Of a DNA stretch of 64,000 nt, positions 13,333 through 25,976 are shown piece after piece. The first letter of the stretch is position 1. Every line of letters begins with the position of its first letter. The DNA is taken from NCBI RefSeq assembly GCF_006345805.1, contig NC_043003.1:13888001-13952000 (forward strand), in the 5' to 3' direction. The stretch comes from Octopus sinensis. Its lineage: Eukaryota. Made by a program: the position numbers and the translations under genes. The notes beneath the pieces were generated by a model. It was not told the DNA's origin and did no database searches. It saw only the letters and a program-made list of their open reading frames with translations.

Positions 13333-14772
13333 AGACAACCTCACCCCACCACACACAACAGGCTTCTTTCAGTTTTGGTCTGCCGAATCCACTCACAAGG
13401 CTTTGACAGGCCTGGAGCTACAACAAAAAACACAAAGGTGCTACACAGTAGGATTGAGCCCAGAACCTCATGATTGGGATGCAAACCTCTTTACCACACA
13501 GCCGCGCCTGCATCTAAAAACTACACATCAGAATGAAAGAGGGAGAAGCAACGTGCAGAGAGAGCATGTGAAATGCAACCAGATTGAATTATGAAATTTT
13601 GTTTATTTATACTGACATTAATCCATAATAGGTACAATTAAAACAAATGTTATTAAGATGGAGAGATTGACTAAGCTGCTAGCTATCATCAAATCCAATT
13701 TAACCAGAATCACTTAACATGTTGGAAGCTGCGCTGGATATAAACGAGACCCCTCTGCATTACCCAACCACTAACGTGCCATTCTGCTCGACTTCCTCTG
13801 GAACAGGTCAGCTTTGCGAAGAGCCATGTAGATGGATGGGTGTCCACGTAGTGAGCAGGCTATCTCAAATGGCCATCTAGCTAAAAGCTATATTTGCATC
13901 AACAAATTACTGCAGTCGTATGATAAGGAATCAACAAACGGTTAGTGACAGCAATTTGTCCACCTTTTAGCCGTTCGATCTTCCTCGTCAGCGCTCCTTT
14001 GGAAAAATCTCAGGAACTAAATGGAAGCTGAAATGTATATTCTGTTTTACATAAAGCCAGCTTGTTTTGTTTTGTGCGTTTGTTCATTCTGGTGTGTGTG
14101 TGTGTGTGTGTGTGTGCGTGTGTGTGAATGTGTGCGTGCGTATGTGTGTGTGCATGTGTGTGTATATGTGTGCGTGTGTATATGTGTGCATACATGTGAG
14201 TGCATCTGTGTGTGTGCGTATGTGCGTGTGTGTGTATGTGTGTGTATATGTGTGCATACGTGTGAGTGCATCTGTGTGCGTGTTGTGTATGTGTGTGTGT
14301 GTGTGCGTGTATATGGATATGTCTGTTGCTTTTGTCCAAGATATATGTTGGAAATATATTTATAGCTATCTGTTTACTTGCCAATTTAATTTAACAACTC
14401 TCCAACAACAATAAAGCAACAATTCAACATTTTTACTTCATTGCATCACACACACACACACACGTACACACACACACACACACGTACACACACAGACAGT
14501 ACGAACAGAGAGGAAGGTTGGGGGGTCAAAAAACAGACATTCTCCAATACAACATCTGTTTCTGAGATACTGGAACTCTCACACATTATTATAAACAATT
14601 TTCCTCTGTTGAGTTATTCCTGGTCACTCACCACCCCACGCTGTTCTCTTGTGTTCCATCAGTATAAGAATGTTTTGTTATCTGTCTCCTGTCTTACATT
14701 TTTATAGAAAGAAAAGCTACATCAGTGTGTGGAGAATTCTTCAAAACAACTTATTTTGGCTGATACACACAC

Positions 14773-14993
14773 ATGAAGGGGGTGTTGAAAAGTTCCTGGT
14801 TTTACAGTTATAGTGAAATTCCTGGTTGGAGGCCCAATCTTCCGAGTTCATTTACAGGGCTTAGAAAAACTGAAGGACCACTGCAATAAGTGTGTGAATC
14901 AGAGAGGGGAATATGTTCAATAAAATCATAATTAACTGATCCTCTTATATTTTCTTTTACCCAAAACCAGGAACTTTTCTTTACACCCCCCAT
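14773..14993 (+). mobile_element. Mariner-derived MITE
   Basis: Imperfect TIRs GGGGGTGTTGAAAAGTTCCTGGTTT and AAACCAGGAACTTTTCTTTACACCCCC. Internal transposase C-terminal remnant LQGLEKLKDHCNKCVNQRGEYVQ*. Confidence 0.8.
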
Positions 14994-15014
14994 ATATACT
15001 ACTACTACTACTAC

Positions 15015-15051
<37 letters not shown>

Positions 15052-16080
15052 TCACTTAGGCATAGTGATTCTAAAAAAACCTGGAGTTAGAACTCAATAC
15101 ACTTATGTAAGCTAACGTAGTTCAAAACATATCTTATTCTCTTGCCATTTTGATTTTTTATATATCTATATCCATCTCCCTCTCTCTCTTTCTCTCTACA
15201 CACATACATACATACATACATACATACATACATACATACATACATACATACATACAAAGTATATATATGATGATGATGATGGTGAAGACCTACATTTCAC
15301 CATTTACGGTTGTGTTGGAACTCTGCATTGAAAATTCCAAGTACATATGGACGCTTAATTAGAATGGATCATCAAGGGACACTTTATAGCATGAAGGGTC
15401 ATTCTTATATGCCCAGAATATGATAGACAAAATATGTTGAGTTAGATTTTCTACAACTGGACGCCCTTCCTGTCTTCAACCTTCACCTGTTTCCAAGAAA
15501 GATAACATTTCTTCCATCACTGGACATGTTTTCAAAGAAGGTTAAGGTTAGAAACAAGACACTGCTTGTATGACAGTGGCACTCATTTACAACAATCCTG
15601 CAATGCCAAGGCAAGGAGACAGTAACACACACACACACAGGTGAAATAAAATACATTTTTTCAGATTATGGATTAAATTTTGATTCATTCTAGACTTATT
15701 GAGTTCTTTATGCTAAGTAACCTGACATAGCTTATTTTAAACCTGTCCCCCTCTGGAACATACATGTATATATTTACACTCACACACACACACTGGTGGT
15801 GGTGGTGGTAGGGAAGAGATCTACTACTTTATAAACACATAGACACGTGGCTACAGGTACAAATGATGGTAGGAGCCATTATTTATATATTTTAATATTA
15901 TATTACCTGTTAACACCAGGTAGCAATAATGAGCAGTTTTCATTAATTGTGTTAAAGAAATAATTTGAAAAGCAACTTAACAGGTGGCAGTAACAAACGT
16001 CAGCATAAAAGAACACTCCAGTACTAAGCTTGTTTTAAGCTTATAAACTGCACAACAAACATACATACATACATATATGC

Positions 16081-16470
16081 AGGCGCTGGAGTGGCTGTGT
16101 GGTAAGTAGCTTGCTAACCAACCACATGGTTCCGGGTTCAGTCCCACTGCGTGGCATCTTGGGCAAGTGTCTTCTGCTATAGCCCCGGGCCGACCAATGC
16201 CTTGTGAGTGGATTTGGTAGACGGAAACTGAAAGAAGCCTGTCGTATATATATATATGTGTGTGTCTGTGTTTGTCCCCCTAGCATTGCTTGACAACCGA
16301 TGCTGGTGTGTTTACGTCCCCTGTCACTTAGCGGTTCGGCAAAAGAGACCGATAGAATAAGTACTGGGCTTACAAAGAATAAGTCCCGGGGTCGATTTGC
16401 TCGACTAAATGCGGTGCTCCAGCATGGCCGCAGTCAAATGACTGAAACAAGTAAAAGAGAGAAAGAGAGA
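16081..16470 (+). mobile_element. SINE family A, full-length representative (tRNA-like head, internal microsatellite, AAAAGAG tail); about 30 full or partial copies in the window
   Basis: GGAGTGGCTGTGTGGTAAG...GGGTTCAGTCCC... Other copies include 3672-4090+, 4335-4685-, 5410-5793-, 5825-6034-, 7240-7600+, 16915-17295+, 24825-25290+, 26745-27045+, 29085-29482-, 39243-39430+, 40345-40722+, 50185-50565-, 51325-51728-, 56375-56808-, 61645-61948-. Confidence 0.9.
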
Positions 16471-16498
16471 GTTATATACATACATAAAAAAGATATTT

Positions 16499-16612
16499 TC
16501 TGTTGAGGAAATCAGCTGCCCTTTGGACACCAATGTGGTTCGAAAAATACAAGAGAAAGATGACATCTCTAGACCATTGACAAGGAAATTGCAAATCCAG
16601 TACCCAAGATAC
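16499..16612 (+). pseudogene. Possible restriction-like endonuclease (RLE) non-LTR retrotransposon relic
   Basis: VEEISCPLDTNVVRKIQEKDDISRPLTRKLQIQYPRY resembles the E.S.P.D.N...K..EK...Y..L...L pattern of R2/R4/NeSL-type RLE domains. Confidence 0.4.
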
Positions 16613-17504
16613 ATACCAATGCATCTGGAACAAAATATGGCTGGATTTGGGATTTTGGGGAGAGAATACAGATCCTTAATTCATACTCTACAATTGACCA
16701 TGATATTTGGGACTATATAAACCTGCAAGACTTTCTTAAGATTTAAGGAATGATGAACACAACAAAATGCTTTTCTTTACAGCCTTGCTACCAAGCAGGT
16801 AATTGGTCAGAATTTACTCTAAATTAAAAAGAGAAACACACACACACACAGACACCTGAGTGGCAATCTGGATAAGCCAGGATTTTCTAAAGAGAAAAAA
16901 ATCAACTAATAGACATAGGAACCACATGATTCCGGGTTCAGTCCCACTGCGTGGCACCTTGGGCAAGTGTCTTCTACTAGCCTCGGGGCCACCAAAGCCC
17001 TGTGAGTGGATTTGGTAGATGGAAACTGAAAGAAGCCCATTGTATATATGTATATATGTTTATATATATATGTATGTGTATGTGCATGTATATGTTAGTG
17101 TGTCTGTGTTTGCCCCCCCCCCCAGCATTGCTTGCCAACCAATGCTAGTGTGTTTACGTCCCTGTAACTTAGCGGTTTGGCAAAAGAGACCAATAGAATA
17201 AGTACTAGGCTTACAAAGAATAAGTCCTGGGGTCAATTTGCTCGACTAAAGGCAGTGCTCCAGCATGGCCACAGTCAAATGACTGAAAAGAGTAAAAGAG
17301 TAACTAACTCAAACCTTACAAATATAATCTGTAAGCGGAACAGTAAAAAATATGCAAAACTTTTTCCAAGTTTAAAATGCAACACTGTTTTTGCTATCTA
17401 CATTCCATCGATGGGCTTTGTATCTTTGTTACAAACCAGCTCCTTCCTCAGGGGGGAAGGATTTAGATAAGGAAAAATAGAAGAGAACACACACACACAC
17501 ACAT

Positions 17505-17757
17505 ATCTGTAAATGTAATATGTGACAATTATTCAGTAGCCATGATAAAACTCTGAGTTTCGGATGTTGGGGTGGAAATCCACACCACTTCAGTTATCCG
17601 TCCATCGGAAAAAATGCTGTGAAAAATCTATGAAATAGCATTTTTTTCCAATGGCCGGATAACTGAAGAGATGGTGATGTGGATTTCCACCCCAACATCC
17701 GAAACTCAGAGTTTTATCATGGCTACCGAATAATTGTCACATATTACATTTACAAAT
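17505..17757. repeat. Long fold-back inverted repeat (~110-nt arms), Penelope-like inverted terminus
   Basis: The left arm ATCTGTAAATGTAATATGTGACAATTATTC... is the near-perfect reverse complement of the right arm, with an ~18-nt spacer. Confidence 0.9.
17658..17718 (+). ncRNA. Type I hammerhead-like motif in right arm of fold-back (degenerate helix II)
   Basis: GATAA-CTGAAGA-GATG...CATC-C-GAAA-CTC-A-GAG-TT-TTATC. Helix I is GATAA/TTATC and helix III is the quasi-palindrome ACTC-A-GAGT. A mirror copy lies on the minus strand at 17544-17598 with core CTGAAGT. Confidence 0.55.
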
Positions 17758-18217
17758 AAATTCCTCTATTTACATAATATCGATGTCCCTTTTATTCTTT
17801 TGATGTCTTACCATTTCTATCAATATATATATATATATATATATATACCTTCGAAACACGCATTGAGTCGAAACAGGGGCAGCTGATGAAGGGGAATATT
17901 CCTTGTATTATTTGTCTTGTACTCTGTTTTTTCGTTGTTAAAAAAAGTCCATTTCCTTGTTTGATTTTATGTTTTTGTTTCTCTTTGTGTTCTACGTTTA
18001 TTTGTGGTGTCCTGTACTCATATATGCATGTATATATACATATAGATGTAGGTATGTACATATATGTATGTATGCATATGTTTTATTTATTAAATTGTTA
18101 ATATATATATATATGTGTATATATATATATATATATACAATTGCAGCGTGGAAGGTGTTTGTAAGCCATTTAAGAAACACACAAAAGCCGTTCGATTCAC
18201 TTCAACATTTAAATTTA

Positions 18218-18267
18218 ATTTGTCAAAATATTTTCGTCGCTAATATCCGCGACCTGTTCACTGACAA

Positions 18268-18269
<2 letters not shown>
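18218..18269 (-). ncRNA. Hammerhead-like motif with G3-C8 core variant
   Basis: Minus strand: ATTTGTCA-GTGAACA-G-GTCGC(ggatatta)GCGAC-GAAAATATTT-TGACAAAT. Helix I is 8 bp, helix II is 5 bp, and the palindrome is AAAATATTTT. Confidence 0.55.
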
Positions 18270-18299
<30 letters not shown>

Positions 18300-18547
18300 A
18301 TACATATATATGAACATATTTATATTTATATATATATATATAATATATATATATATCACAGAAGTGTGTGGAATTCCCAACGGTAATGGTTATTGTGATA
18401 AAGGAATCGCTCATTATTGCTACCTGGTGTTAACAGGTAGTACAATAGTACAATATTAAAATTACCTTATAAACACTCCAGGAATTGCTTCTGTTTATTA
18501 TTATTATGTTTGTTTGTGTTCACGTCACCACCACCACCACCACCACC

Positions 18548-18584
<37 letters not shown>

Positions 18585-18874
18585 GTGTTTTAAGAGATGA
18601 TAGTTCTCGTTATCTAATCGACGATTATCACTTATGGTCAAATATGATTGTCTTTTAAGTGCTCACTTGAATGTGAGGATATCTTTTCAAGTGCAGAAAC
18701 AGATCATATGTCAATCATTATATGGTTATTATATGGTTATTAACACACAGGTAAACCTGAGATACAAACAGGTTGCATTCTGCAGTGAGCTTTCATACAG
18801 TTGCATCTTTTATCTCGTTGAGTCAATAAAACATAGGTGTTTTAAAATGGACCAGAAAATAAAATAAATCAACA

Positions 18875-18928
<54 letters not shown>

Positions 18929-20040
18929 CAAAATTATTGTTATCGCTATCATTATCATTATCATTATTATTATTAAGGTGGCAAGCTGGTAGAATTGACA
19001 GCACGCTGGGCGAAATGCTAAGTAGCATTTTGTTTGTCCGTAACGTTATGAGTTCAAATTCTGCAGAGGTTGACTTAGCTTTTCATCCTTTCAATGTTGA
19101 TAAAATAAGTACCAGTTGTGTACTGGGGTCGATGTTATCGACTACTTCCCCCTCCCCCAAATTTCAGGTCATGTGGTTATAGTAGAAAGGATTATTATTA
19201 TTATTATTATTATTATCATCATCAAGGTGGCAAGCTGGCAGAATTTCACCCGTCACTATGTTCAGAGTTCAAATTCCGCCAAGGTCAATTTTTACCTTTT
19301 ATTCTTTCGGGGTCAATAAATCAAGTACCAGTGAAACACTGGGGTCAATGTAATCGACAAGTCCCCTCCCACTAAATTTCAGGCCATGTGCCTATAGTAG
19401 AAAGGATTATTATTATTATCATCATCATCATCATTATTATTCTTAAGGTGGCAAGCTGGCAGAAACTTTAGCATGCCGGGCAAAATGCATAGCAGTATTT
19501 CATCTGTCTTTACGTTATGAGCTCAAATTCCACCGAGGTCGACTTTGCTTTTCATCCTTTCGGTGTCAATAAATTAAGTACCAATGGCATACTGGGGTTG
19601 ATCTAATTGACTGGCCCCCTCCCCCAATATTTCGGGCCTTGTGCCTAGAGTAGAAAAGATTATTATTATTATTAGTGAGGTGGCAAGGTGGCACCATTGT
19701 CAGCATGCCAGATCGTGAGATTGTGAGTTCGAATCCCAGACCGGGCTATGTGTTGTGTCCTTGAGCAAGACACTTTATTTCACATTGCTCCAGTTCACTC
19801 AGCTGGCGTCACAGGTACCAGGCTGTATCGGCCCCTTTGCCTTTCCCTTGGATAACGCTGGTGGCGTGGAGAGGGGAGGCTGGTATGCATGGGCGACTGC
19901 TGGTCTTCCATAAACAACCTTGCCCGGACTTGTGCCTAGCAGGGTAACTTTCTAGGTGCAATCCCATGGTCAGTCATGACCAAAGGGGGTCTCAGCGACC
20001 TAACTTTATGAGGACTCCCATTACAAGACTCCAGGTTTAC

Positions 20041-20190
20041 GAGTTTATTTATCAAGCACAAAATACAAATTTTGAACAAAGTGCAAAAATTTCTACTACC
20101 ATAACAAATGCTTCTGTGTGTTACCGAGAAATTTATAGAGAACAAAGAAAAGTTTCTTTTAAGCAAACAACTCTAGACTTGTTTTTAAAA
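20041..20190 (+). pseudogene. pogo/Tigger-like transposase C-terminal fragment
   Basis: NTNFEQSAKISTTITNASVCYREIYREQRKVSFKQTTLDLFLK resembles the Tigger C-terminal pattern (ERS.KV....NA..CYR.IY.EKK....QT.LD.FF). It is sandwiched between two SINEs. Confidence 0.65.
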
Positions 20191-20197
20191 TATCTAA

Positions 20198-20375
20198 GTG
20201 GATGTGTGGTAAGCAGCTTGCTTCCCAACCACATGGTTCCGAGTTCAGTCCCACTGCGTGGCACCTTAGGAAAGTGTCTTCTACTATGGCCTCAGGCTGA
20301 CCAAAGCCTTGTGAGGGGATTTGGTAGACGGAAACTGAAAGAAGCCCGTCGTATATATGTGTATGTGTGTGTGTG

Positions 20376-20424
<49 letters not shown>

Positions 20425-20640
20425 TTGTGTATCTGTGTTTGTCCCCCACAACATTGCTTGACAACCGATGCTGGTGTGTTTACGTCCCCGTAACTTAGCG
20501 GTTCGGCAAAAGAGACCGATAGAATAAGTACTAGGCTTACAAAGAATAAGACCTGGGGTCAATTTGCTCGACTAAAAGGCGATGCTCCAGCATGGCCACA
20601 GTCAAATGATTGAAACAAGTAAAAGAGTAAAGAGAGTAAA
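20198..20640 (+). mobile_element. SINE family A, full-length
   Basis: Matches 16081-16470 with an expanded internal (TA)n. Confidence 0.9.
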
Positions 20641-21043
20641 TGGATTTACTCTTTAGTAAATCTATCTGCGAGTACTTGTGAATTGGTGATCACGTCTACA
20701 AGTGAGCGTGTCCGCAAGTGAAAGTGATTCAAAATAATTACAATAATAATAATATTTTTTTTTTTAATATAAATAATTTTGACATTCTTTTTACTTTACA
20801 TAAAATATTCTTTACGTTCTACTGTTGTTTTATCGCCACTTATTTACAAGAATTATACATTTTATGGGTAAAATATTTTCCTGGGAATGAATTATGATTT
20901 ATAACATTGCTATTGCTATGGGAAATTATTGCTCTGCTTTACGAGTTTTTGCCTCATGAGCTGTCTCTGGGAACAGTTTAACTAGTATATCGAAACATTA
21001 CTGTATATATAAAATACGTGTAGACTGCAAAGAGAAAAGAGCT

Positions 21044-21423
21044 AAACATCATCATCATTGTTCGACTGTGGTCGAGACAATGGAATTTACTATGTTATGC
21101 CAGACCTCACAGTCCATCATAGCATTACAGTGGTCCTGTTGCTGGATGCCTGTATCCCTGGAGATTACATCAGGGTAGGAGTGTGTGTGCCCTCTGGTAT
21201 CACGAGCAGATGGCTTCCAGAGGAGAAGAATAGAAATTACCTTGTTTTCAGCTCTACAACAATGTCCAGCAAACTGGACTCTTCTACCTTTCACAAGAGA
21301 TGATACAGGTGGTAGTTTCCCATATATTTGTACTTTGGTTGGATGATGCTTCCACGAAAGATTTTGAGTTAAACAGGATGTATAAGAAAACCTGATCAGA
21401 AAAATTGATTTGTCAGGAACCAA
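21044..21423 (-). mobile_element. RTE-clade LINE 3' fragment
   Basis: LSWKHHPTKVQIYGKLPPVSSLVKGRRVQFAGHCCR...RDTG...NAMMD.EVW is a typical RTE ORF2 C-terminus. (TGA)n tail. Confidence 0.9.
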
Positions 21424-21945
21424 TCAGACTGCTTGTTTTTCTTTTCCTCTTTTTTTAAAATTAATTTAATCACCTGCTCTAAAGTAAGTTGAGTATAAAA
21501 TCGCTTGCTACCTTATGCAGGGCAAAATAATTTATATTACTCTTTTACTTGTTTCAGCCATTTGACTGCAGCCATGCTGGAGCACCGCCTTTAGTCGAGC
21601 AAATCGACCTCAGGGTTAATGTAACCAACTTCCTCAGCCCCTCAAAACTGCTGGCCTTGTATTAAAAATTAGAAAGAATTATTAGTCAACTTGTCAACCA
21701 TTTAACTAATTAATTGACTTTTTGATTAATCATTCAGTCCGTAAATCAAACAGCGAGTTTTGTCGCAGTCCTTTCGTCACCGTTCATGATCTCACTCATC
21801 AATGATATGCTTCCTTGGTCCAGGTCTGCTTGGGGTTCACGTATATTTTGGCTTCAGGCTTGCTTTAGGGTTCTAGTCTGTTAGGGTTTCTTATTTCATT
21901 TTCATTTTCCCCCTAATGTAACAAAGTTCTTTCCAGCATTTGACC

Positions 21946-22383
21946 TAACCCTTTTAGCATTCAGATTATTCTGTCAAATGTAAAGCTTACTCATTTGCAT
22001 TGTTTTGAATAAATTACAAATTATCTGGTACCTTTTGAGATTTCAATAATGCGATCATCTATTTTAAGACTGGCATTGTAGAGTAGGTGTAAGAGGCCAG
22101 ATCAAGCCAGTTTGGTCATGAAACAAGTAGAATATTTTGGTTGGATATGGCTGGTTTAACCCATTAGCATTTAAACTAGCCATATCGGCCAAAAGTATTC
22201 TGCCTGTTTTATGTTCAAACTGGCCAGATCTGGTCTCTCACACCAACCCTACAATATCATTTTAAAAATTAACAGCTACCTCATCAAAATCTCGTAGCTA
22301 CAAGATAATGCATGATTAGTTCAACACAATGAGGGTGGAAAAGCATTAATTTTGGCAGAATAATGCAAACACTAAAGGGTTAA
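21946..22383. mobile_element. Inverted dimer of the same piggyBac-like MITE
   Basis: A forward unit is followed by a reverse unit, joined at GGCTGGTTTAACCCATTAGCATTTAAAC. Confidence 0.7.
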
Positions 22384-23186
22384 GACTTTAAATTTTACCC
22401 AATCTCCATCTGAAGGTTCAGATAGATATCTCCAAAGGAGTTTATATAAGCTTAGTGGAGTTTAAAGAAATAAAAAGAAGATATTAAAATAAAGAGCCAA
22501 AAGGAGAGAGAAAAGAAAAAAAGAAGAAAAGCAACTTCAAGAACAAAGAACTTATAAAACCTTGTGTATGTGTGCATACATGCATGCATGCGTGTATAGA
22601 GAGTGGTGTTTTACAAGTGTTACTGTAAGTGGTTGACATTGATTCAACAACTTTTCAAGTGAGTAACGTGGATTTATTGTTTCAAGTGCAGTGATGAAAC
22701 GAAATGAGAAAGCAAACAATGAGACAGGGGGACTCATATCTATCTTGTCATAAGTCAATATATCATCAATAAGTAATTAATATGGAAGACGAAAAGTAAA
22801 TAAAAATCCAATAAATTATAGAATGAATTCTGACTGCCAACTTAAACTCAACTCGACTCAACAACAGTAGATCTCAAGTGGAGAAGATTCCTTTGAAGTG
22901 GGTGATAGAATTTTTGTTTTCTTCTTTGGGTAAATCATCTTACACACGTAAATGTTCTAGTATTATATATATGGAAACAAATACACACATACACGCATAT
23001 GTACACATGCACACACACACACATGCATGTGTGTGTGCGCATAAGAATTTATACATTTAGAAATGCAAACGAAATAAAGATTATTTCAATACATGTGATA
23101 GGAAACGTTTGTGTGCGAACATCAATGAGTCACACTAACAACAGGGACAAATGATTTATTATTTTCTAGAGATTTATCAAATTTAA

Positions 23187-23410
23187 CCCTTTAAGCATTC
23201 CGATTACTTTGTCAAATGTAATACTTGTATATTCACATTGTTCTGAATTAATCCTGTATCATCTTGTGTAGCCCCGAGATTTCAGTGATGTGAAGGTTTA
23301 TTTTTAAAATGACATTGTGGGATAGGTGTGAAAGGCTGGATCTAGTCAGTTTGCATGTAAAACAGGTAGAATATTTTGGGCCGGATCTGGCTGATTTAAA
23401 TGCTAATGGG
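23187..23410. mobile_element. piggyBac-like MITE monomer (TTAA TSD, CCC...GGG ends)
   Basis: TTAA-CCCTTTAAGCATT...AATGCTAATGGG-TTAA. A related copy lies at ~12250-12470. Confidence 0.7.
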
Positions 23411-23445
23411 TTAATAGCATAAAATATGCAAGAGTTTATTAGTTA

Positions 23446-23648
23446 TCATCATCATCATTGTTCAACCGTGGTCGAGACAATGGAATTTACCATGTTACGC
23501 CAGACTTCACGGTCCATCATAGCATTATGGAAGTCCTGTTGCTGGATGCCTGTATCCCTGGAGATTACATCAGGGTAGGAGAGTGTGTGCCCTCTGGTAT
23601 CGCGAGTAGATGGCTGTAATTTCTACTCTTCTCCTCTGGAAGCCATCA
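23446..23648 (-). mobile_element. Shorter 5'-truncated copy of the same RTE LINE
   Basis: Near-identical to 21050-21230, including the (TGA)n tail. Confidence 0.9.
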
Positions 23649-23675
23649 GCCATCTGCTCTGTTTATTAACTGATA

Positions 23676-23985
23676 GGAGGCACAATGGCCCAGTGGTTAG
23701 GGCAGCGGACTCGTGGTCAGTGGATTGCGGTTTCGATTCCCAGACCGGGCATTGTGTGTGTGTTTATTGAGCGAAAACACCTAAAAGCTCCACGAAGCTC
23801 CGGCAGGGCGTGGTGGCGACCCCTGTTGTATTCTTTCGCCACAACTTTCTCTCACTCTCTCTTCCTGTTTCTTAAGTAACGCTGCAATGGACTGGTGTCC
23901 CGTCCAGCTGAGGGGAATACATACACCACAGAAACCGGGAAACTGGGCCCATGAGCCTGGCTAGGCTTGAAAAGGGCGACGTTTA
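23676..23985 (+). mobile_element. SINE family C head with a MetaSINE-like central/tail domain
   Basis: The same head is followed by GCAATGGACTGGTGTCCCGTCCAG...CACAGAAACCGGG, resembling the Meta/V-type SINE central domain. Confidence 0.7.
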
Positions 23986-24086
23986 TCATTATTAGTTGAG
24001 GCACCCCAATTACAACAGCACATATTCAGGAAAAGAAAATATTAGTATATTAAAGCAAGAGATACAGGCCCAACTTCTCATACAGG

Positions 24087-24629
24087 CAGTGGCATAACCA
24101 GAATCTACAGTTAGGAGGAGCGATCGTATAAAAAGAAGTCCCGTGACACATACCAAAGAATTTAAAATTCATTTCTCTTATATTACGTGAAATATTTCAT
24201 TAGTTATAATATACATAATAATTGTAATCTACATTCATTAAGTTCATGTTTCAGTAACGATGTCATTATGCATTAAATTTAAAACCACTGATGTAGGTGT
24301 GACAGGAAAAGATGGAACTCCATGGGGTTGGCCAATGTTGAGAGGCCCAACATCAAGAGGTTATGATGTCAGGGTTTACTTTCTTCAGATGTCAGCTGTC
24401 ACTGACACATCATAGCAGAAATAAGCAGACAGTTCATAAACACAGGAGGTTGACTCCAGAAAGTTCTTCCTAGGTCATGCAATTAACAAAGAAAAAGTGA
24501 TTCAACTTCTATCGCACAAGTAAACTAAAGAGTTACAAAACAAAAAAAATTGGTGTAAAGGCGCCTGTTTTGAAAAATGTGCCCAGGGTAGTGGTCACTC
24601 TCTTTGCTCACCTACTAGCTATGCCATTG
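24087..24629. mobile_element. Old hAT-like MITE
   Basis: TIRs CAGTGGCATAACCAG and CTAGCTATGCCATTG. Flanking 8-mers CATACAGG and CAGATAGG (6/8). Confidence 0.5.
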
Positions 24630-24983
24630 CAGATAGGACCCAGGATGCTTTCTTGAGGTTTTTTTTGGAAAACTATGTCTTATATGCCATCAAATATGGT
24701 ACATAATTAGTGCCTGTAGGTGCTTCTGTACTGGGGTTACAGGCAAAAATTCCTTGATATCCAGGAATTTGGACACATTAATTGTCAACAGACTGTTGTA
24801 ATGGTGGCAGAATAAACAACCAGACATGGCTATGTGGTAAGAAGCTTGCTTCCCAACCACATGGTTCTTGGTTCAGTCTCACTGCAAGGCACCTTGGTCA
24901 AGTGTCCTCTACTATAGCTTCAGGCTGACCAAAGCCCTGTGAGCGGATTTCATAGACGGAAACTGAAAGAAGCCCATCATGTG

Positions 24984-25009
<26 letters not shown>

Positions 25010-25059
<50 letters not shown>

Positions 25060-25290
25060 ATATATATTTATGTGTGTGTGTGTGTGTGTTTGTGTCTGTG
25101 TCTCCCCACCATCACTTCACAATTGATGTTGCTGTGTTTATGTCCCCGAAACTTAGCGCTTTGGCAAAAGGTACCGATAGAATAAGTACTAGGCTTACAA
25201 AGAATAAGCCCTGGGGGTCGATTTGTTAGACTAAAGGCAGTGTTCCAGCATCACTGCAGTCAAATGACTGAAACGTGTAAAATTATAAAA

Positions 25291-25331
<41 letters not shown>

Positions 25332-25520
25332 AAATATTAGACAGATAGACAGACAGCTATAATAATCATTGAAAAAGCATGTTCTCATACAAAACCTGTA
25401 AGATGAGAAATAAATTGAATCCATGCTATATTATATTCCATATGATATAATAAAATATGAATGCTACAAAATATAATATTATATATATATATAATATATA
25501 TATATATAATATATATATAT

Positions 25521-25570
<50 letters not shown>

Positions 25571-25797
25571 ATATATTTATGTGTGTGTGTGTGTGTTTGT
25601 GTCTGTGTCTCCCCACCATCACTTCACAATTGATGTTGCTGTGTTTATGTCCCCGAAACTTAGCGCTTTGGCAAAAGGTACCGATAGAATAAGTACTAGG
25701 CTTACAAAGAATAAGCCCTGGGGGTCGATTTGTTAGACTAAAGGCAGTGTTCCAGCATCACTGCAGTCAAATGACTGAAACGTGTAAAATTATAAAA

Positions 25798-25834
<37 letters not shown>

Positions 25835-25976
25835 AAATATTAGACAGATAGACAGACAGCTATAATAATCATTGAAAAAGCATGTTCTCATACAAAACCT
25901 GTAAGATGAGAAATAAATTGAATCCATGCTATATTATATTCCATATGATATAATAAAATATGAATGCTACAAAATA

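Noticed and set aside
13700-14030. Unique GC-balanced segment after a minus-strand acceptor near 14027
   Set aside because: All three frames stop within 13 codons. It could be UTR or lncRNA but cannot be supported from sequence.
17862-17905. GAAAC...CAGCTGATGAAGGGG as a further hammerhead
   Set aside because: The core motif is present, but there is no downstream GAAA or consistent helices. At most a rearranged remnant.
19966-20493. Longest ORF (175 aa)
   Set aside because: Chance read-through across a SINE-D tail, a Tigger fragment and a SINE-A head.
21866-21896. Two TTAGGG hexamers
   Set aside because: Too few and not tandem, so not an interstitial telomere array.
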